Source: Clostridia bacterium (lineage in GTDB: Bacteria > Bacillota > Clostridia > TANB77 > RGIG9151). Taken from it: a stretch of 32,000 bases of DNA. Positions within the stretch are counted from its first letter, which is position 1; every line of letters begins with the position of its first letter. Made by a program: the position numbers and the translations under genes. Below the pieces are notes generated by a model. That model saw only the letters and a list, made by a program, of their open reading frames with translations, was not told the origin of the DNA and made no database searches. This document shows positions 8,559 through 18,103 of this stretch, piece by piece. The DNA lies in NCBI GenBank assembly GCA_017450465.1, contig JAFSUW010000021.1:69856-101855 (forward strand), in the 5' to 3' direction.

Positions 8559-9797
8559 CTATTTTTTTCTACGCACTACATAGTCTTTTTCGGCAAAATT
8601 AGGTAATTTCATTAGCACTTTTTGTCCTTCTTTTCCTGGATTTATACAAGGTATATTTTCGTTTGTGTCTACATCACGAAGTGCATCTACTGTAAACTTT
8701 ATTGGTTCAAGTTTACCTGGTACCATGAGTTCCATTTCATCATTTACAGAAATCTTATTTCTTATTTCAAGAAGTGAAAAATCATTTTCACGATATTCAA
8801 TAACTTTTGCTCCATATTCATAACCAACATCACTTCTATCATCGCCGTCTTTGTAGTTTTGAATGTCGTCGTTTGCTATATTATCATAAAATAATTCACT
8901 ATAGTTTCTACTCTTTGCTTTTATTAACTCGTTTTCATATTTAGTAGGTTCAAAAGTTCCTTTTTCCGCATACTCATCTATAGCATTTCTATAGGCATTT
9001 ACTACAGTTGCTATATAATATTCAGTTTTTAATCTACCTTCAATTTTTAAGCTTTCTACTCCCATATCAACTATTTCAGGGATTCTATTTATTAAGCACA
9101 AATCTTTTGCAGATAGTAGATACGTACCACGATTATCCTCTTCTACTGGGATTAATTTGCCTTTATTTCTTTCTTCTTCAATATACACATTATAATTCCA
9201 ACGACAAGCTTGTGCACAATCACCATGGTTTGCTGCTCTACCTGTTAAGTAGTTACTTAATATGCATCTACCAGAATAGCCAACACAAACTGCACCATGG
9301 ATAAACATTTCGATTTCTAAATCTTTATCCTTATTTTCCATTATATATTTAATTTTATCTCGACTAAGTTCACGTGCAAGGATTATTCTTTTAGCACCAT
9401 TTTTTTGCCAAAAGTTTGCAGTCTCTAAGCTTACAGTATTTGCTTGTGTACTTATATGTATCGCAACATTAGGAGCATATTCTTTTAATACTTCAACTAC
9501 TCCTCCGTCACTTACTATTACAGCATCAACACCCATATCGTTTAATAATTTTGCTTGTTCTTTTATTTTTGGATAATCCTCATCAAACGCATAAATATTT
9601 AACGCCGCATACACTTTCTTATCCATTTTCTTTGCAAGATCTACAATTTTAGTTAAATCGTCATTACTCATACCAACACGAGTACGAAGTGACAAATCGG
9701 TTGTACCTGCATACACTGCGTCTGCTCCATACATAAATGCTATTTTTGCTCTATCAACCGAACCTGCTGGTGCAAGTAATTCTGGCTTTTTCTTCAT
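8559..9797 (-). CDS. peptidase U32 family protein (TrhP/YrrO-like)
   Basis: MKKKPELLAPAGSVDRAKIAFMYGADAVYAG is a typical U32 N-terminus, and cysteine-rich motifs follow (CVGYSGRC, CAQACRW). The ATG at 9797 is preferred over the TTG at 9806 on RBS spacing. Confidence 0.8.
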   Translation of the reverse strand: MKKKPELLAPAGSVDRAKIAFMYGADAVYAGTTDLSLRTRVGMSNDDLTKIVDLAKKMDKKVYAALNIYAFDEDYPKIKEQAKLLNDMGVDAVIVSDGGVVEVLKEYAPNVAIHISTQANTVSLETANFWQKNGAKRIILARELSRDKIKYIMENKDKDLEIEMFIHGAVCVGYSGRCILSNYLTGRAANHGDCAQACRWNYNVYIEEERNKGKLIPVEEDNRGTYLLSAKDLCLINRIPEIVDMGVESLKIEGRLKTEYYIATVVNAYRNAIDEYAEKGTFEPTKYENELIKAKSRNYSELFYDNIANDDIQNYKDGDDRSDVGYEYGAKVIEYRENDFSLLEIRNKISVNDEMELMVPGKLEPIKFTVDALRDVDTNENIPCINPGKEGQKVLMKLPNFAEKDYVVRRKK

Positions 9798-9816
9798 TTT
9801 TATCAATTCCTTTCAA

Positions 9817-11001
9817 TTACGATAATAATTCTTCAATTTTCTTTGCTGATTCTAAAGTATCTTCAATGCTTCCAAATGTAGAGAACCTAAAATAACCTTC
9901 TCCACATTCACCAAACCCAACTCCAGGAGTTCCTACTACTTGAATTTCATTAAGTAGATAATCAAAAAACTCCCAACTTGTCATACCCTTTGGGCACTTT
10001 ATCCAAACATATGGTGCATTTTTACCACCACAATACCAGATGCCAAGCTTGTCGAAAGTTTTAGTTAAAATCTTTGCATTTTCTTTATAAAACTTTATAT
10101 TTTCTTTAATCTGTTTTTGGCCTTCCTCAGTAAATACTGCAGCCCCACCTTTTTGAATAATGTACGAAACACCATTCGTTTTGGTTGTACGATTTCTAAC
10201 CCACATATCATGCAAACTCATATCTTCGCGTACAAGCTCTCTACTAATTATTGTATAGCCAAGACGTGTTCCGGTAAAACCAGCTGTTTTAGATAGCGAA
10301 CAAATTTCAATAGCACAAGTTTTTGCACCTTCTATTTCAAAAATACTATGTGGCAAATTATCATCTTCAATAAACGCTTCATATGCCGCATCAAAAATAA
10401 TAATTGAACCGTTTTTATTTGCAAAATCTACCCATAACTTTAATTGTTCTTTGTTATAAACCGCACCTGTTGGATTGTTTGGTGAACAAATATATATTAA
10501 ATCTGCTTTTACTGTATCGTCTGGAAGTGGCAAAAAGTTATTTTCTATACCAGAATTTAAGTGTACTATTTCTCTTCCTGCCATGATATTTGCATCAACA
10601 TATGCTGGATATGCTGGTTCAATTACAAGTGCTGTACTTGATGCATCGAATAAATCTAAAATGTCACCCAAATTATCACTTGCACCACTCGATATAAATA
10701 CTTCATCTGCACTAATTTTTACGCCTCTTTCCTCATAGTATTTTACTATTTTTTCTTGTAAAAATGGTGCTCCACATTCAGGCAAGTATCCATGAAAAGT
10801 TTCTTTTACACTTTGGTCATTAACCGCTTCGTGTAATGAATTTATTACTTCAGTACAAAGTGGAAGTGATACATCTCCAATACCTAATCTATATATTCTA
10901 CTATTTGGATGTTCAGCTAAATACGCCTTTATTTTTTGTGATATATTGTAAAAAAGATAAGAGTCTTTTAAGTTTTTATAATTCATATTTGGTTTTAACA
11001 T
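9817..11001 (-). CDS. dapL: LL-diaminopimelate aminotransferase
   Basis: 394 aa. N-terminus NYKNLKDSYLFYNISQKIKAYLAEHPNSRIYRLGIGDVSLPL is typical of DapL, and SLSKTAGFTG is the PLP-lysine region. The start overlaps the dapF stop (TAATG). Confidence 0.88.
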   Translation of the reverse strand: MLKPNMNYKNLKDSYLFYNISQKIKAYLAEHPNSRIYRLGIGDVSLPLCTEVINSLHEAVNDQSVKETFHGYLPECGAPFLQEKIVKYYEERGVKISADEVFISSGASDNLGDILDLFDASSTALVIEPAYPAYVDANIMAGREIVHLNSGIENNFLPLPDDTVKADLIYICSPNNPTGAVYNKEQLKLWVDFANKNGSIIIFDAAYEAFIEDDNLPHSIFEIEGAKTCAIEICSLSKTAGFTGTRLGYTIISRELVREDMSLHDMWVRNRTTKTNGVSYIIQKGGAAVFTEEGQKQIKENIKFYKENAKILTKTFDKLGIWYCGGKNAPYVWIKCPKGMTSWEFFDYLLNEIQVVGTPGVGFGECGEGYFRFSTFGSIEDTLESAKKIEELLS

Positions 11002-11786
11002 TATACCGTATCCCCCTCATAAACTGTTTCAGCAGGTCCTGTCATTGTAATGTTATTATTTTCACTGATTTTTATATTTAATGTTCCACCATCTAAATTA
11101 ACATTTACTAGTTCATTAAAGCTACAATATCCCTTGCATATTGCTGCAGCTACGGTTGCACATGCTCCAGTTCCACAAGCCATTGTAACACCACTTCCAC
11201 GTTCCCAAACACGCATGCGAAGTGTATTTTTATTAATAACTTGAACAAATTCTACATTTACTCCATCCTTAAATTCAGGATTCTTTTCTATCTTAGGGCC
11301 TATAGTAGTAAGTGGTGCATTATTAATATCATCAACAAAAATCACTGCATGCGGATTTCCAACAGACACAGGTGTACATGTAATTTTATTTCCGTCTATA
11401 GTTAACGTTTTATCTTCACTCACTTTAGACACACCCATATCTACTGTGGCACTACTAACTTTTCCATCAGTTAAATTTAGGTCTAGTGTGCGAATTCCTG
11501 CTAATGTTTCGATTGTAAGGTGTTCTTTTTTTGTATAACCTTTATCGTATACATATTTCCCAACACATCTAATACCATTACCACACATCTTTGCTTCGCT
11601 ACCATCGGCATTAAATATACGCATTTTAAAATCTGCAACATCCGATTTAGATATCCATATCATACCATCTGACCCAGCACCAAAATGACGTTCTGATAGT
11701 TTTCTTGAAAGCTCCTCTGGATTTTCTGGTTCACCATACACATATAAATAATCATTACCAAGGCCATGCATTTTAGTAAAGTGCAT
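11001..11786 (-). CDS. dapF: diaminopimelate epimerase
   Basis: MHGLGNDY, the catalytic cysteines (MCGNGIRC, ACGTGACA) and VGNPH. Confidence 0.9.
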   Translation of the reverse strand: MHFTKMHGLGNDYLYVYGEPENPEELSRKLSERHFGAGSDGMIWISKSDVADFKMRIFNADGSEAKMCGNGIRCVGKYVYDKGYTKKEHLTIETLAGIRTLDLNLTDGKVSSATVDMGVSKVSEDKTLTIDGNKITCTPVSVGNPHAVIFVDDINNAPLTTIGPKIEKNPEFKDGVNVEFVQVINKNTLRMRVWERGSGVTMACGTGACATVAAAICKGYCSFNELVNVNLDGGTLNIKISENNNITMTGPAETVYEGDTV

Positions 11787-11797
11787 ATATATTCCCC

Positions 11798-12376
11798 CTA
11801 CTCATTTTTAGATATAAGCATTACTCCATCGCCTATATTTAATAATACTGAATGTAAAGATTCATCACTTTCTACTGTATTAATAAATTCACGAAGTTTA
11901 TTAACAGCAGTTCTTTGCTTGTGGTCATTATAATCACTTGTTACCATGCCCTTATAAATTACATTGTCTGCAATTATCATACCATTATCATTTAATAAAT
12001 TAAGACACATCGGCAAATACTCAATATAATGGCTTTTTGGACCATCAATAAATATTATATCATATTTTTCTGTTAATGTAGGTATTACTTTTAGTGCATC
12101 GCCTTTTATAATATTTACCTTATCTGATAAACCAAGCATTTTCATATTTGCTTTTGCTATTAAGTACATTTTATTATCGATTTCTATCGTATCAATCTTT
12201 CCATCATCACCGATATACTTCGAAAACTGTGCTGCTGAATAACCTATCGCTGTACCTATTTCTAAAATCTTTTTTGGCTTTTTTACATTTAAAATTATTT
12301 TTAATAGTTCAAGCGTATCATCCAAAACTACAGGTATCCAGTTATACCTTGCATACTTTTTCATTTCGTCTAGCAT
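11798..12376 (-). CDS. class I SAM-dependent O-methyltransferase (YrrM/TrmR-like)
   Basis: 192 aa with the ILEIGTAIGYS SAM-binding motif and the caffeoyl-CoA O-methyltransferase-like layout (IFIDGPK, ADNV). Confidence 0.75.
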   Translation of the reverse strand: MLDEMKKYARYNWIPVVLDDTLELLKIILNVKKPKKILEIGTAIGYSAAQFSKYIGDDGKIDTIEIDNKMYLIAKANMKMLGLSDKVNIIKGDALKVIPTLTEKYDIIFIDGPKSHYIEYLPMCLNLLNDNGMIIADNVIYKGMVTSDYNDHKQRTAVNKLREFINTVESDESLHSVLLNIGDGVMLISKNE

Positions 12377-12401
12377 AACAAATTCCTTTCATCCAAAATA
12401 T

Positions 12402-12428
12402 AAAACCCGATGTGTTTCATCGGGTTTT
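12402..12428 (-). terminator. rho-independent terminator after proS
   Basis: AAAACCCGATG-loop-CATCGGGTTTT, followed on the minus strand by TTTTATATTTT. Confidence 0.75.
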
Positions 12429-12439
12429 GTATGTTTATT

Positions 12440-13882
12440 TTAATATGCTCTTCCCCAATATACCATATATTTTGCAGGTTTTCCGCAGCAAATACATGTG
12501 TCTGACAAGTGTTCTTGTATCTCACCAATACATCTTGAAGTTACTCCACCTGTTTTATCTTTTATATCAAGTTCACATTCCTTTTCACCGCACCACATTG
12601 CTTTTACAAAGCCAGGTTTTGGTTCATTTAATAAATTATTAAATTCTTCAAATGTGGTAGCACTTCTTGTTAATTCTTCTTTCATTTTAAGTGCTTTTTG
12701 ATACATATCATTATGAATTACTTCAAGTAATTTTGTTATTTCTTCTTCAATGTTATTTAATGATACAGATATCTTTTCACGAGTATCACGTCTTACTAAA
12801 ACTGCTTGATTATTTTCAATATCTTTAGGGCCAATTTCAACTCTTATTGGCACACCACGCATTTCATATTCACTAAACTTCCAACCAGGCATTTTGTCTG
12901 TTGTGTCAATTTTAGTTCTTGCAACCTTAGATATCCTATCTTTAATTTCAGTTGCCTTTTCTATTACACCTTCTTTATGTTGTGCAATAGGGATTACAAT
13001 AACTTGTGTTGGTGCAAGTTTTGGAGGTAAAACTAAACCAAAATCATCACCATGTACCATAATTACGGCACCAATAAGTCTTGTTGATACACCCCATGAT
13101 GTTTCATAAACATATTGAAGTTCATTATTTTTATCTAAAAATTGTATATTAAATGCTTTTGCAAAACCATTACCAAAGTAATGTGATGTACCAGATTGAA
13201 GTGCCTTACCATCATGCATTAATGCCTCTATTGAATAAGTTTCTTCAGCTCCTGCAAATTTTTCTTTATCAGTTTTTCTTCCCTTATTAACTGGAAGTGC
13301 TAAAAAGTCTTTACAAAAATCTGCATAAATATTTAACATTCTAATAGTTTCTTCACGTGCTTCCTCTGCTGTAGCATGAACAGTATGCCCTTCTTGCCAT
13401 AAAAATTCCCTTGAACGTAAGAAAGGTCTTGTTGTTTTTTCCCAACGAACAACACTACACCATTGATTATATAACTTTGGTAAATCTTTATATGACTTTA
13501 CTATGTTTGCATAGTGGTCACAAAATAGTGTTTCAGAAGTTGGCCTTACACATAATCTTTCTTCAAGTTCTGTTTCACCACCATGAGTTACCCAGGCAAC
13601 TTCTGGAGCAAAACCTTCTATATGATCTTTTTCTTTATTAAGCAAACTTTCAGATATAAACATTGGCATGTAAACATTTTCATGTCCTGTTTCTTTAAAC
13701 ATTCTATCTAATTCTCTTTGCATGTTTTCCCAAAGTGCATACCCATACGGGCGTATTATAAGACACCCTTTAATAGATGAATAGTCTGCAAGTTCTGCAT
13801 TTTTTACTACATCTGTGTACCATTGTGCAAAATCTTCTGACATAGATGTAATAGATTCTACTTGTTTTTTGTCGTTACCCAT
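12440..13882 (-). CDS. proS: proline--tRNA ligase, archaeal/eukaryote-like class IIa form
   Basis: 480 aa with class II motifs ([19 protein letters not shown]), an anticodon-binding domain, and a C-terminal Cys cluster ending ...[18 protein letters not shown]. Confidence 0.93.
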   Translation of the reverse strand: MGNDKKQVESITSMSEDFAQWYTDVVKNAELADYSSIKGCLIIRPYGYALWENMQRELDRMFKETGHENVYMPMFISESLLNKEKDHIEGFAPEVAWVTHGGETELEERLCVRPTSETLFCDHYANIVKSYKDLPKLYNQWCSVVRWEKTTRPFLRSREFLWQEGHTVHATAEEAREETIRMLNIYADFCKDFLALPVNKGRKTDKEKFAGAEETYSIEALMHDGKALQSGTSHYFGNGFAKAFNIQFLDKNNELQYVYETSWGVSTRLIGAVIMVHGDDFGLVLPPKLAPTQVIVIPIAQHKEGVIEKATEIKDRISKVARTKIDTTDKMPGWKFSEYEMRGVPIRVEIGPKDIENNQAVLVRRDTREKISVSLNNIEEEITKLLEVIHNDMYQKALKMKEELTRSATTFEEFNNLLNEPKPGFVKAMWCGEKECELDIKDKTGGVTSRCIGEIQEHLSDTCICCGKPAKYMVYWGRAY

Positions 13883-13948
13883 TATAATACCCCCTTTGGT
13901 TCAATATTTTATCACAGAATTGTTATTTATGCAAACTATTGTTTAAAA

Positions 13949-13973
13949 GGCGAACACTGTTCGCCCCTACATT
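13949..13973 (-). repeat. TGTAGGGGCG-family hairpin, probably also the NUDIX gene terminator
   Basis: Minus strand reads AATGTAGGGGCGAACAGTGTTCGCC followed by TTTT. Confidence 0.65.
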
Positions 13974-13975
13974 AA

Positions 13976-14410
13976 CTAATTAATTTTTTGCAAATATGTA
14001 ATTATCTCTGTTGGATATATAATCTTTCTTTCTTCTATAAATTCATTTATATCTACCCATTTTGCAACAAAATCTTTGCCATCTTCTACTGCTTTATACT
14101 CCTCTTTATAATCCTTATCATCTATGTCTATTTTATATAAAAACACTATTTCATGTGCTCTTTTTCCTTCATATTCAAAAATATTTTCTACAACTTTAAT
14201 TAAATTTTTGATATTAATTGGAATACCTAGCTCCTCCATATATTCACGTTTAAGTGCCATTTCACTTGTTTCGCAAAACTCGATTCCGCCACCTAAACAT
14301 CTACAAAACAACTGATTTTTTACACTGTCAATGCTTTCTGAAACAAGAAGTTTTTTATTTCTAACCGCTACGCCCAATACAATTGGGCGAATCTCACGAA
14401 ATTTATCCAT
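13976..14410 (-). CDS. NUDIX hydrolase
   Basis: Nudix box GGGIEFCETSEMALKREYMEELG. The start is moved to the ATG at 14410 (MDKFREI), 5 nt after AAAGGAGG. The longer ORF would run into the upstream hairpin. Confidence 0.8.
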   Translation of the reverse strand: MDKFREIRPIVLGVAVRNKKLLVSESIDSVKNQLFCRCLGGGIEFCETSEMALKREYMEELGIPINIKNLIKVVENIFEYEGKRAHEIVFLYKIDIDDKDYKEEYKAVEDGKDFVAKWVDINEFIEERKIIYPTEIITYLQKIN

Positions 14411-14433
14411 GAAGGCCTCCTTTAATTGCAAAC

Positions 14434-14460
14434 GGGCGGGTGAGGACACCCGCCCCTACA
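14434..14460 (-). repeat. TGTAGGGGCG-family hairpin
   Basis: Minus strand reads TGTAGGGGCGGGTG-TCCT-CACCCGCCC, a 9-bp GC stem between the GNAT and NUDIX genes. Confidence 0.65.
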
Positions 14461-14495
14461 AATTTATAAACGTGTTGCAAAATCAATTTAACTTA

Positions 14496-15032
14496 CTAAA
14501 GTTTTATCCAGTATCTTTCGAGATTTACTGATTTTTGTGGCTCAAAAACTGTTTTCTCATAAACACCACTATTAGCAAGTATAGTTTTCCTACTTCCTAT
14601 GTTGTCATCCTTACAAGTTACCAAAACTTTATCCATATTTAATTCTTTACAAAATGGCAAACAATTTTTTAGCATCCATTTAGCATAACCCTTTCTTCTT
14701 TCAGAAGGTCGGACCGAATAACCAATATTACCACCAAACTGTTTTAAGAAATCATTAAAATAATGGCGAACCTGTATCATACCAACTAATCTATTATCTG
14801 ATTTTCTTATACACAAAAACTGTGTTGATACAACCCAATTTTCAGGAAGTGTATCAGGACTTAAAAGTGCATTAGTTTTATCTAACCAATCTTTAGGGTC
14901 ATCACAATTTCTAAGAGGTCCGCAACCATCTAAAGAACTATTGGCATCCAAAAATTCTTTACGATATTCTGCTACTTGACTTAAATAACTTTCATTTGCC
15001 TTTACTAAAAAAATTTCATTGTCTAATTCCAT
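14496..15032 (-). CDS. GNAT family N-acetyltransferase
   Basis: 178 aa. VRPSERRKGYAKWML is an acetyl-CoA-binding Q/RxxGxG/A-like motif within the overall GNAT pattern. Confidence 0.75.
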   Translation of the reverse strand: MELDNEIFLVKANESYLSQVAEYRKEFLDANSSLDGCGPLRNCDDPKDWLDKTNALLSPDTLPENWVVSTQFLCIRKSDNRLVGMIQVRHYFNDFLKQFGGNIGYSVRPSERRKGYAKWMLKNCLPFCKELNMDKVLVTCKDDNIGSRKTILANSGVYEKTVFEPQKSVNLERYWIKL

Positions 15033-15043
15033 AGATATCCCTC

Positions 15044-15649
15044 CTATAATTCATCAGATTTAAATTGATTATAACCCTCATAGAAATAACTATTGTCTAT
15101 TCCTTTCATAAACATTTCTCTATCATTTATTTTATCAGTAAGTGCATTCTTCAATAACTCTTTTATTTCAATATCCTTAATAGGACTTCTTTCCATCGCA
15201 AGTAAGTAATCATTTTTATCTACTTTACACCAATCAACAACCATTTTCAAATTTTGCTTTAACATCAAATCAAGCCATATACGCATAGCTCGTCCATTTC
15301 CTTCGCGGAAAGGATGAATAACATTCATCTCAACATATTTAGCAATAATTTCGTCAAATGTTTTTTGAGACATATTTTCAACATTTTTAATCGCTTCAGA
15401 TATATACATTACTGGAGCAAATCTAAAACTACCTTTTGCTATGTTTTCAGTACGAATTTCACCAGCGAAATCGTAAATATCTTCAAATAAATATTTATGT
15501 ATCAATGCTAGTGAATTAAATGTTCCTGGTTCTAAGCTGTCTAAATAATTAGTATCAAATAGCTCCTTTGCTTTTTTCTTACTAATTCTTTCTTCTTCAC
15601 GTGCAAGCATAGAAGAATCTGTTATACCAAGTTTATTTTCTAGTGCCAT
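15044..15649 (-). CDS. fic: Fic family protein (AMPylase type) with a C-terminal auto-inhibitory motif (class III)
   Basis: Fic motif HPFREGNGRAMR. The C-terminal SYFYEG matches the inhibitory (S/T)xxxE(G/N). At 201 aa it is the size of E. coli or Neisseria Fic. Confidence 0.88.
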   Translation of the reverse strand: MALENKLGITDSSMLAREEERISKKKAKELFDTNYLDSLEPGTFNSLALIHKYLFEDIYDFAGEIRTENIAKGSFRFAPVMYISEAIKNVENMSQKTFDEIIAKYVEMNVIHPFREGNGRAMRIWLDLMLKQNLKMVVDWCKVDKNDYLLAMERSPIKDIEIKELLKNALTDKINDREMFMKGIDNSYFYEGYNQFKSDEL

Positions 15650-15665
15650 ACAAACACCTCCACTC

Positions 15666-16493
15666 CTATTTCACATATTGATTATATATTTCGCGTTTTG
15701 TAACACCACGGTCTTGTGCTACTTTTTTCATTGCATCCATACTTTTTAATCCCTGGCCTATATAGTACTCTACATGTTCATTTATGCTTAAATCTTCCCA
15801 AAAATTTTCTTTTACTACTTCATTATTTCCTTCAACAATTATTACAAATTCACCGCGTGGTGAATCTATTTCGAATTTTTCTATTATATTTGATAGTTTA
15901 TCTCGTATAATTTCTTCATGTATTTTTGTCATTTCACGTGCAAGTGATACATTTCTATCTCCCCACGCATCATACATATCTTTTAATGTATATCTTATCT
16001 TGTGCGGTGCTTCATAAAAAATCATTGTACGCGTTTCGTTTTTAAGCTCCTCTAACCTTTCGCGTCTATTTCTTTTATTCATTGGCATAAAGCCCTCAAA
16101 AGTAAAGCGTCCAGTAGTTAATCCAGATACTATAAGTGCAGAAGTTGCAGCTACAGGGCCTGGCACTGGTGACACTGTGATACCTCTTTCTATCGCCATT
16201 TTTACAAGTTCTTCACCCGGGTCAGATATCGCTGGTGTACCTGCATCAGATACTAATGCTACATTTTTTCCTTCTTCTAAAAGTGATACTATGTATTCGC
16301 CCTTTTTATCCTCATTGTGTCTAAAAAAACTTGTTAAAGTGTTTTTAATTTCAAAATGATTTAATAATTTTAGCGTTTGCCTTGTATCTTCCGCTGCTAT
16401 TACATCTACTTCTTTCAATATTCTTATTGCACGAAATGTTATATCTTCTAAATTTCCTATTGGTGTCGATACCAAATATAATGTACCTGCCAT
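15666..16493 (-). CDS. rsmI: 16S rRNA (cytidine1402-2'-O)-methyltransferase
   Basis: GTLYLVSTPIGNLEDITFRAIRILKEVDVIAAEDTR and the tetrapyrrole-methylase fold, typical of RsmI. Confidence 0.9.
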   Translation of the reverse strand: MAGTLYLVSTPIGNLEDITFRAIRILKEVDVIAAEDTRQTLKLLNHFEIKNTLTSFFRHNEDKKGEYIVSLLEEGKNVALVSDAGTPAISDPGEELVKMAIERGITVSPVPGPVAATSALIVSGLTTGRFTFEGFMPMNKRNRRERLEELKNETRTMIFYEAPHKIRYTLKDMYDAWGDRNVSLAREMTKIHEEIIRDKLSNIIEKFEIDSPRGEFVIIVEGNNEVVKENFWEDLSINEHVEYYIGQGLKSMDAMKKVAQDRGVTKREIYNQYVK

Positions 16494-16505
16494 TTATTTA
16501 CCACC

Positions 16506-18020
16506 CTATACCTTTTCTATATCTTCTTCTTCCACTGTCATTAAAGTTTCTTTATCGAGTGTATCTAAATTACTTATACGAAGTGCTTGATTTGTAATTG
16601 CCTTTTCAAACATGTTTCTTACATATCTACCATTACCAAAACGTGTGTCCACTCTTACTTCATCCAAAATAGCTTTAACTTTCTCCTTTGCACCATCTGA
16701 TAATGTATATCCATTAGAAGCAAATGTTAAATCTGCAATTTGCATTAACTCATCTAATGTATAATCTGTAAATTCTACTCTATTTGGGAATCTTGAAAGA
16801 AGCCCTGAGTTTGCATCTAAAAACTCTGTCATTTCCTTTGTGTAACCTGCTAAGATTACTACTAATCTATCTCTATTATCATCCATTAATTTTACAAGAG
16901 TATCTATTGCCTCTTTACCAAAACTATCATTTTGATTTGATAACGAATATGCTTCATCAATGAAAAGCACACCATCCAACGCTTCTTCAACTTTCTTTGT
17001 TGTCTTAATTGCAGTTTGTCCAACATATCCTGCAACAAGCCCTGCTCTATCGGTTTCAACTAGTTTATCCGTATCTATTACACCCAAACTATAAAGCATT
17101 TTGGCTACTGTTCTTGCCATCATTGTTTTACCAGTACCTGGGTTACCCATAAATATCATGTGAAGAGTTTGAGTAGTGTTATTGATAAGACCTAACTTTT
17201 CACGCTCTTTACTTACTTTAATCTTTGCAGCTAAACCACGAATATAGTTTTTTACTCCATCTAACCCTATTATCTTGTTAAAGTCTGCTTCATAGTCAAA
17301 TGTAGGGCCTTCGTCTACTTTTGCTCCCAAATCCTCTTTAGTGATTAAGGTCATCTTATCTTGTGAAATATCATCATTTACTATTCTACTACTTTGATTT
17401 CTTACTACTTCATCTAAAAAGTTTCTTACCATTCTTCCGTTTCCAGATGCCGCATTTGATCTCTTATAAAGTTCACCTATTTTTTCTTTTGCAAACTTTT
17501 CAGCATCTGGGTCTAGCATAAATCCCTTTTGTTTTACCATTACATTAAATATACTATAAAGCTCATCAGCATTATAATCTGGAAAATCAATTGATATTGG
17601 GAAACGTGATGTAAGTCCACTATTTACCTCTAAAAACTCACCCATTTCTTTTTTATATCCAGCAAGTATTACAACAATTTCACCACGATTATCTTCAATT
17701 AATTTTACAAGTGTATCAATTGCTTCTTTGCCAAAAGTATCATTACCACTAGCTAACGCATATGCTTCATCTATAAATAGCACTCCACCAAGAGCAGACT
17801 TAAATACATCTTCCGTCTTTACCGCAGTTTGCCCAACATACTCTGCAACAAGTCCACGTCTATCTGTTTCTACTAAATGGCCACTCTTTAGTACGCCCAT
17901 TTCTTTTAACATTTTGGCTACAACTCTTGCTATTGTTGTTTTACCTGTACCTGGATTACCTGTAAATATCATATTTAAGCTTTGAGTTGTATCTACTTCT
18001 TGCCCTGCTTCTCTACGCAT
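16506..18020 (-). CDS. tandem double AAA+ ATPase, CbbX/SpoVK type. The annotated start is probably not the real N-terminus.
   Basis: Two modules, each with GNPGTGKT (Walker A), VLFIDEAY (Walker B), VVILAGY and SRFP. In-frame conserved sequence (DIIGLENVKDFLRKQYNILKAQK) continues upstream to 18131 without any ATG, GTG or TTG. Confidence 0.85.
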   Translation of the reverse strand: MRREAGQEVDTTQSLNMIFTGNPGTGKTTIARVVAKMLKEMGVLKSGHLVETDRRGLVAEYVGQTAVKTEDVFKSALGGVLFIDEAYALASGNDTFGKEAIDTLVKLIEDNRGEIVVILAGYKKEMGEFLEVNSGLTSRFPISIDFPDYNADELYSIFNVMVKQKGFMLDPDAEKFAKEKIGELYKRSNAASGNGRMVRNFLDEVVRNQSSRIVNDDISQDKMTLITKEDLGAKVDEGPTFDYEADFNKIIGLDGVKNYIRGLAAKIKVSKEREKLGLINNTTQTLHMIFMGNPGTGKTMMARTVAKMLYSLGVIDTDKLVETDRAGLVAGYVGQTAIKTTKKVEEALDGVLFIDEAYSLSNQNDSFGKEAIDTLVKLMDDNRDRLVVILAGYTKEMTEFLDANSGLLSRFPNRVEFTDYTLDELMQIADLTFASNGYTLSDGAKEKVKAILDEVRVDTRFGNGRYVRNMFEKAITNQALRISNLDTLDKETLMTVEEEDIEKV

Positions 18021-18103
18021 CTTTTGTGCTTTTAAAATATTATACTGCTTCCTTAAAAAGTCTTTTACATTTTCAAGACCAATTATGTCTTTTATATTAC
18101 TTT

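Noticed and set aside
13883-13975. Possible T-box leader upstream of proS
   Set aside because: The intergenic region is only 93 nt and is mostly occupied by the repeat hairpin that terminates the NUDIX gene. No specifier or T-box sequence was seen.
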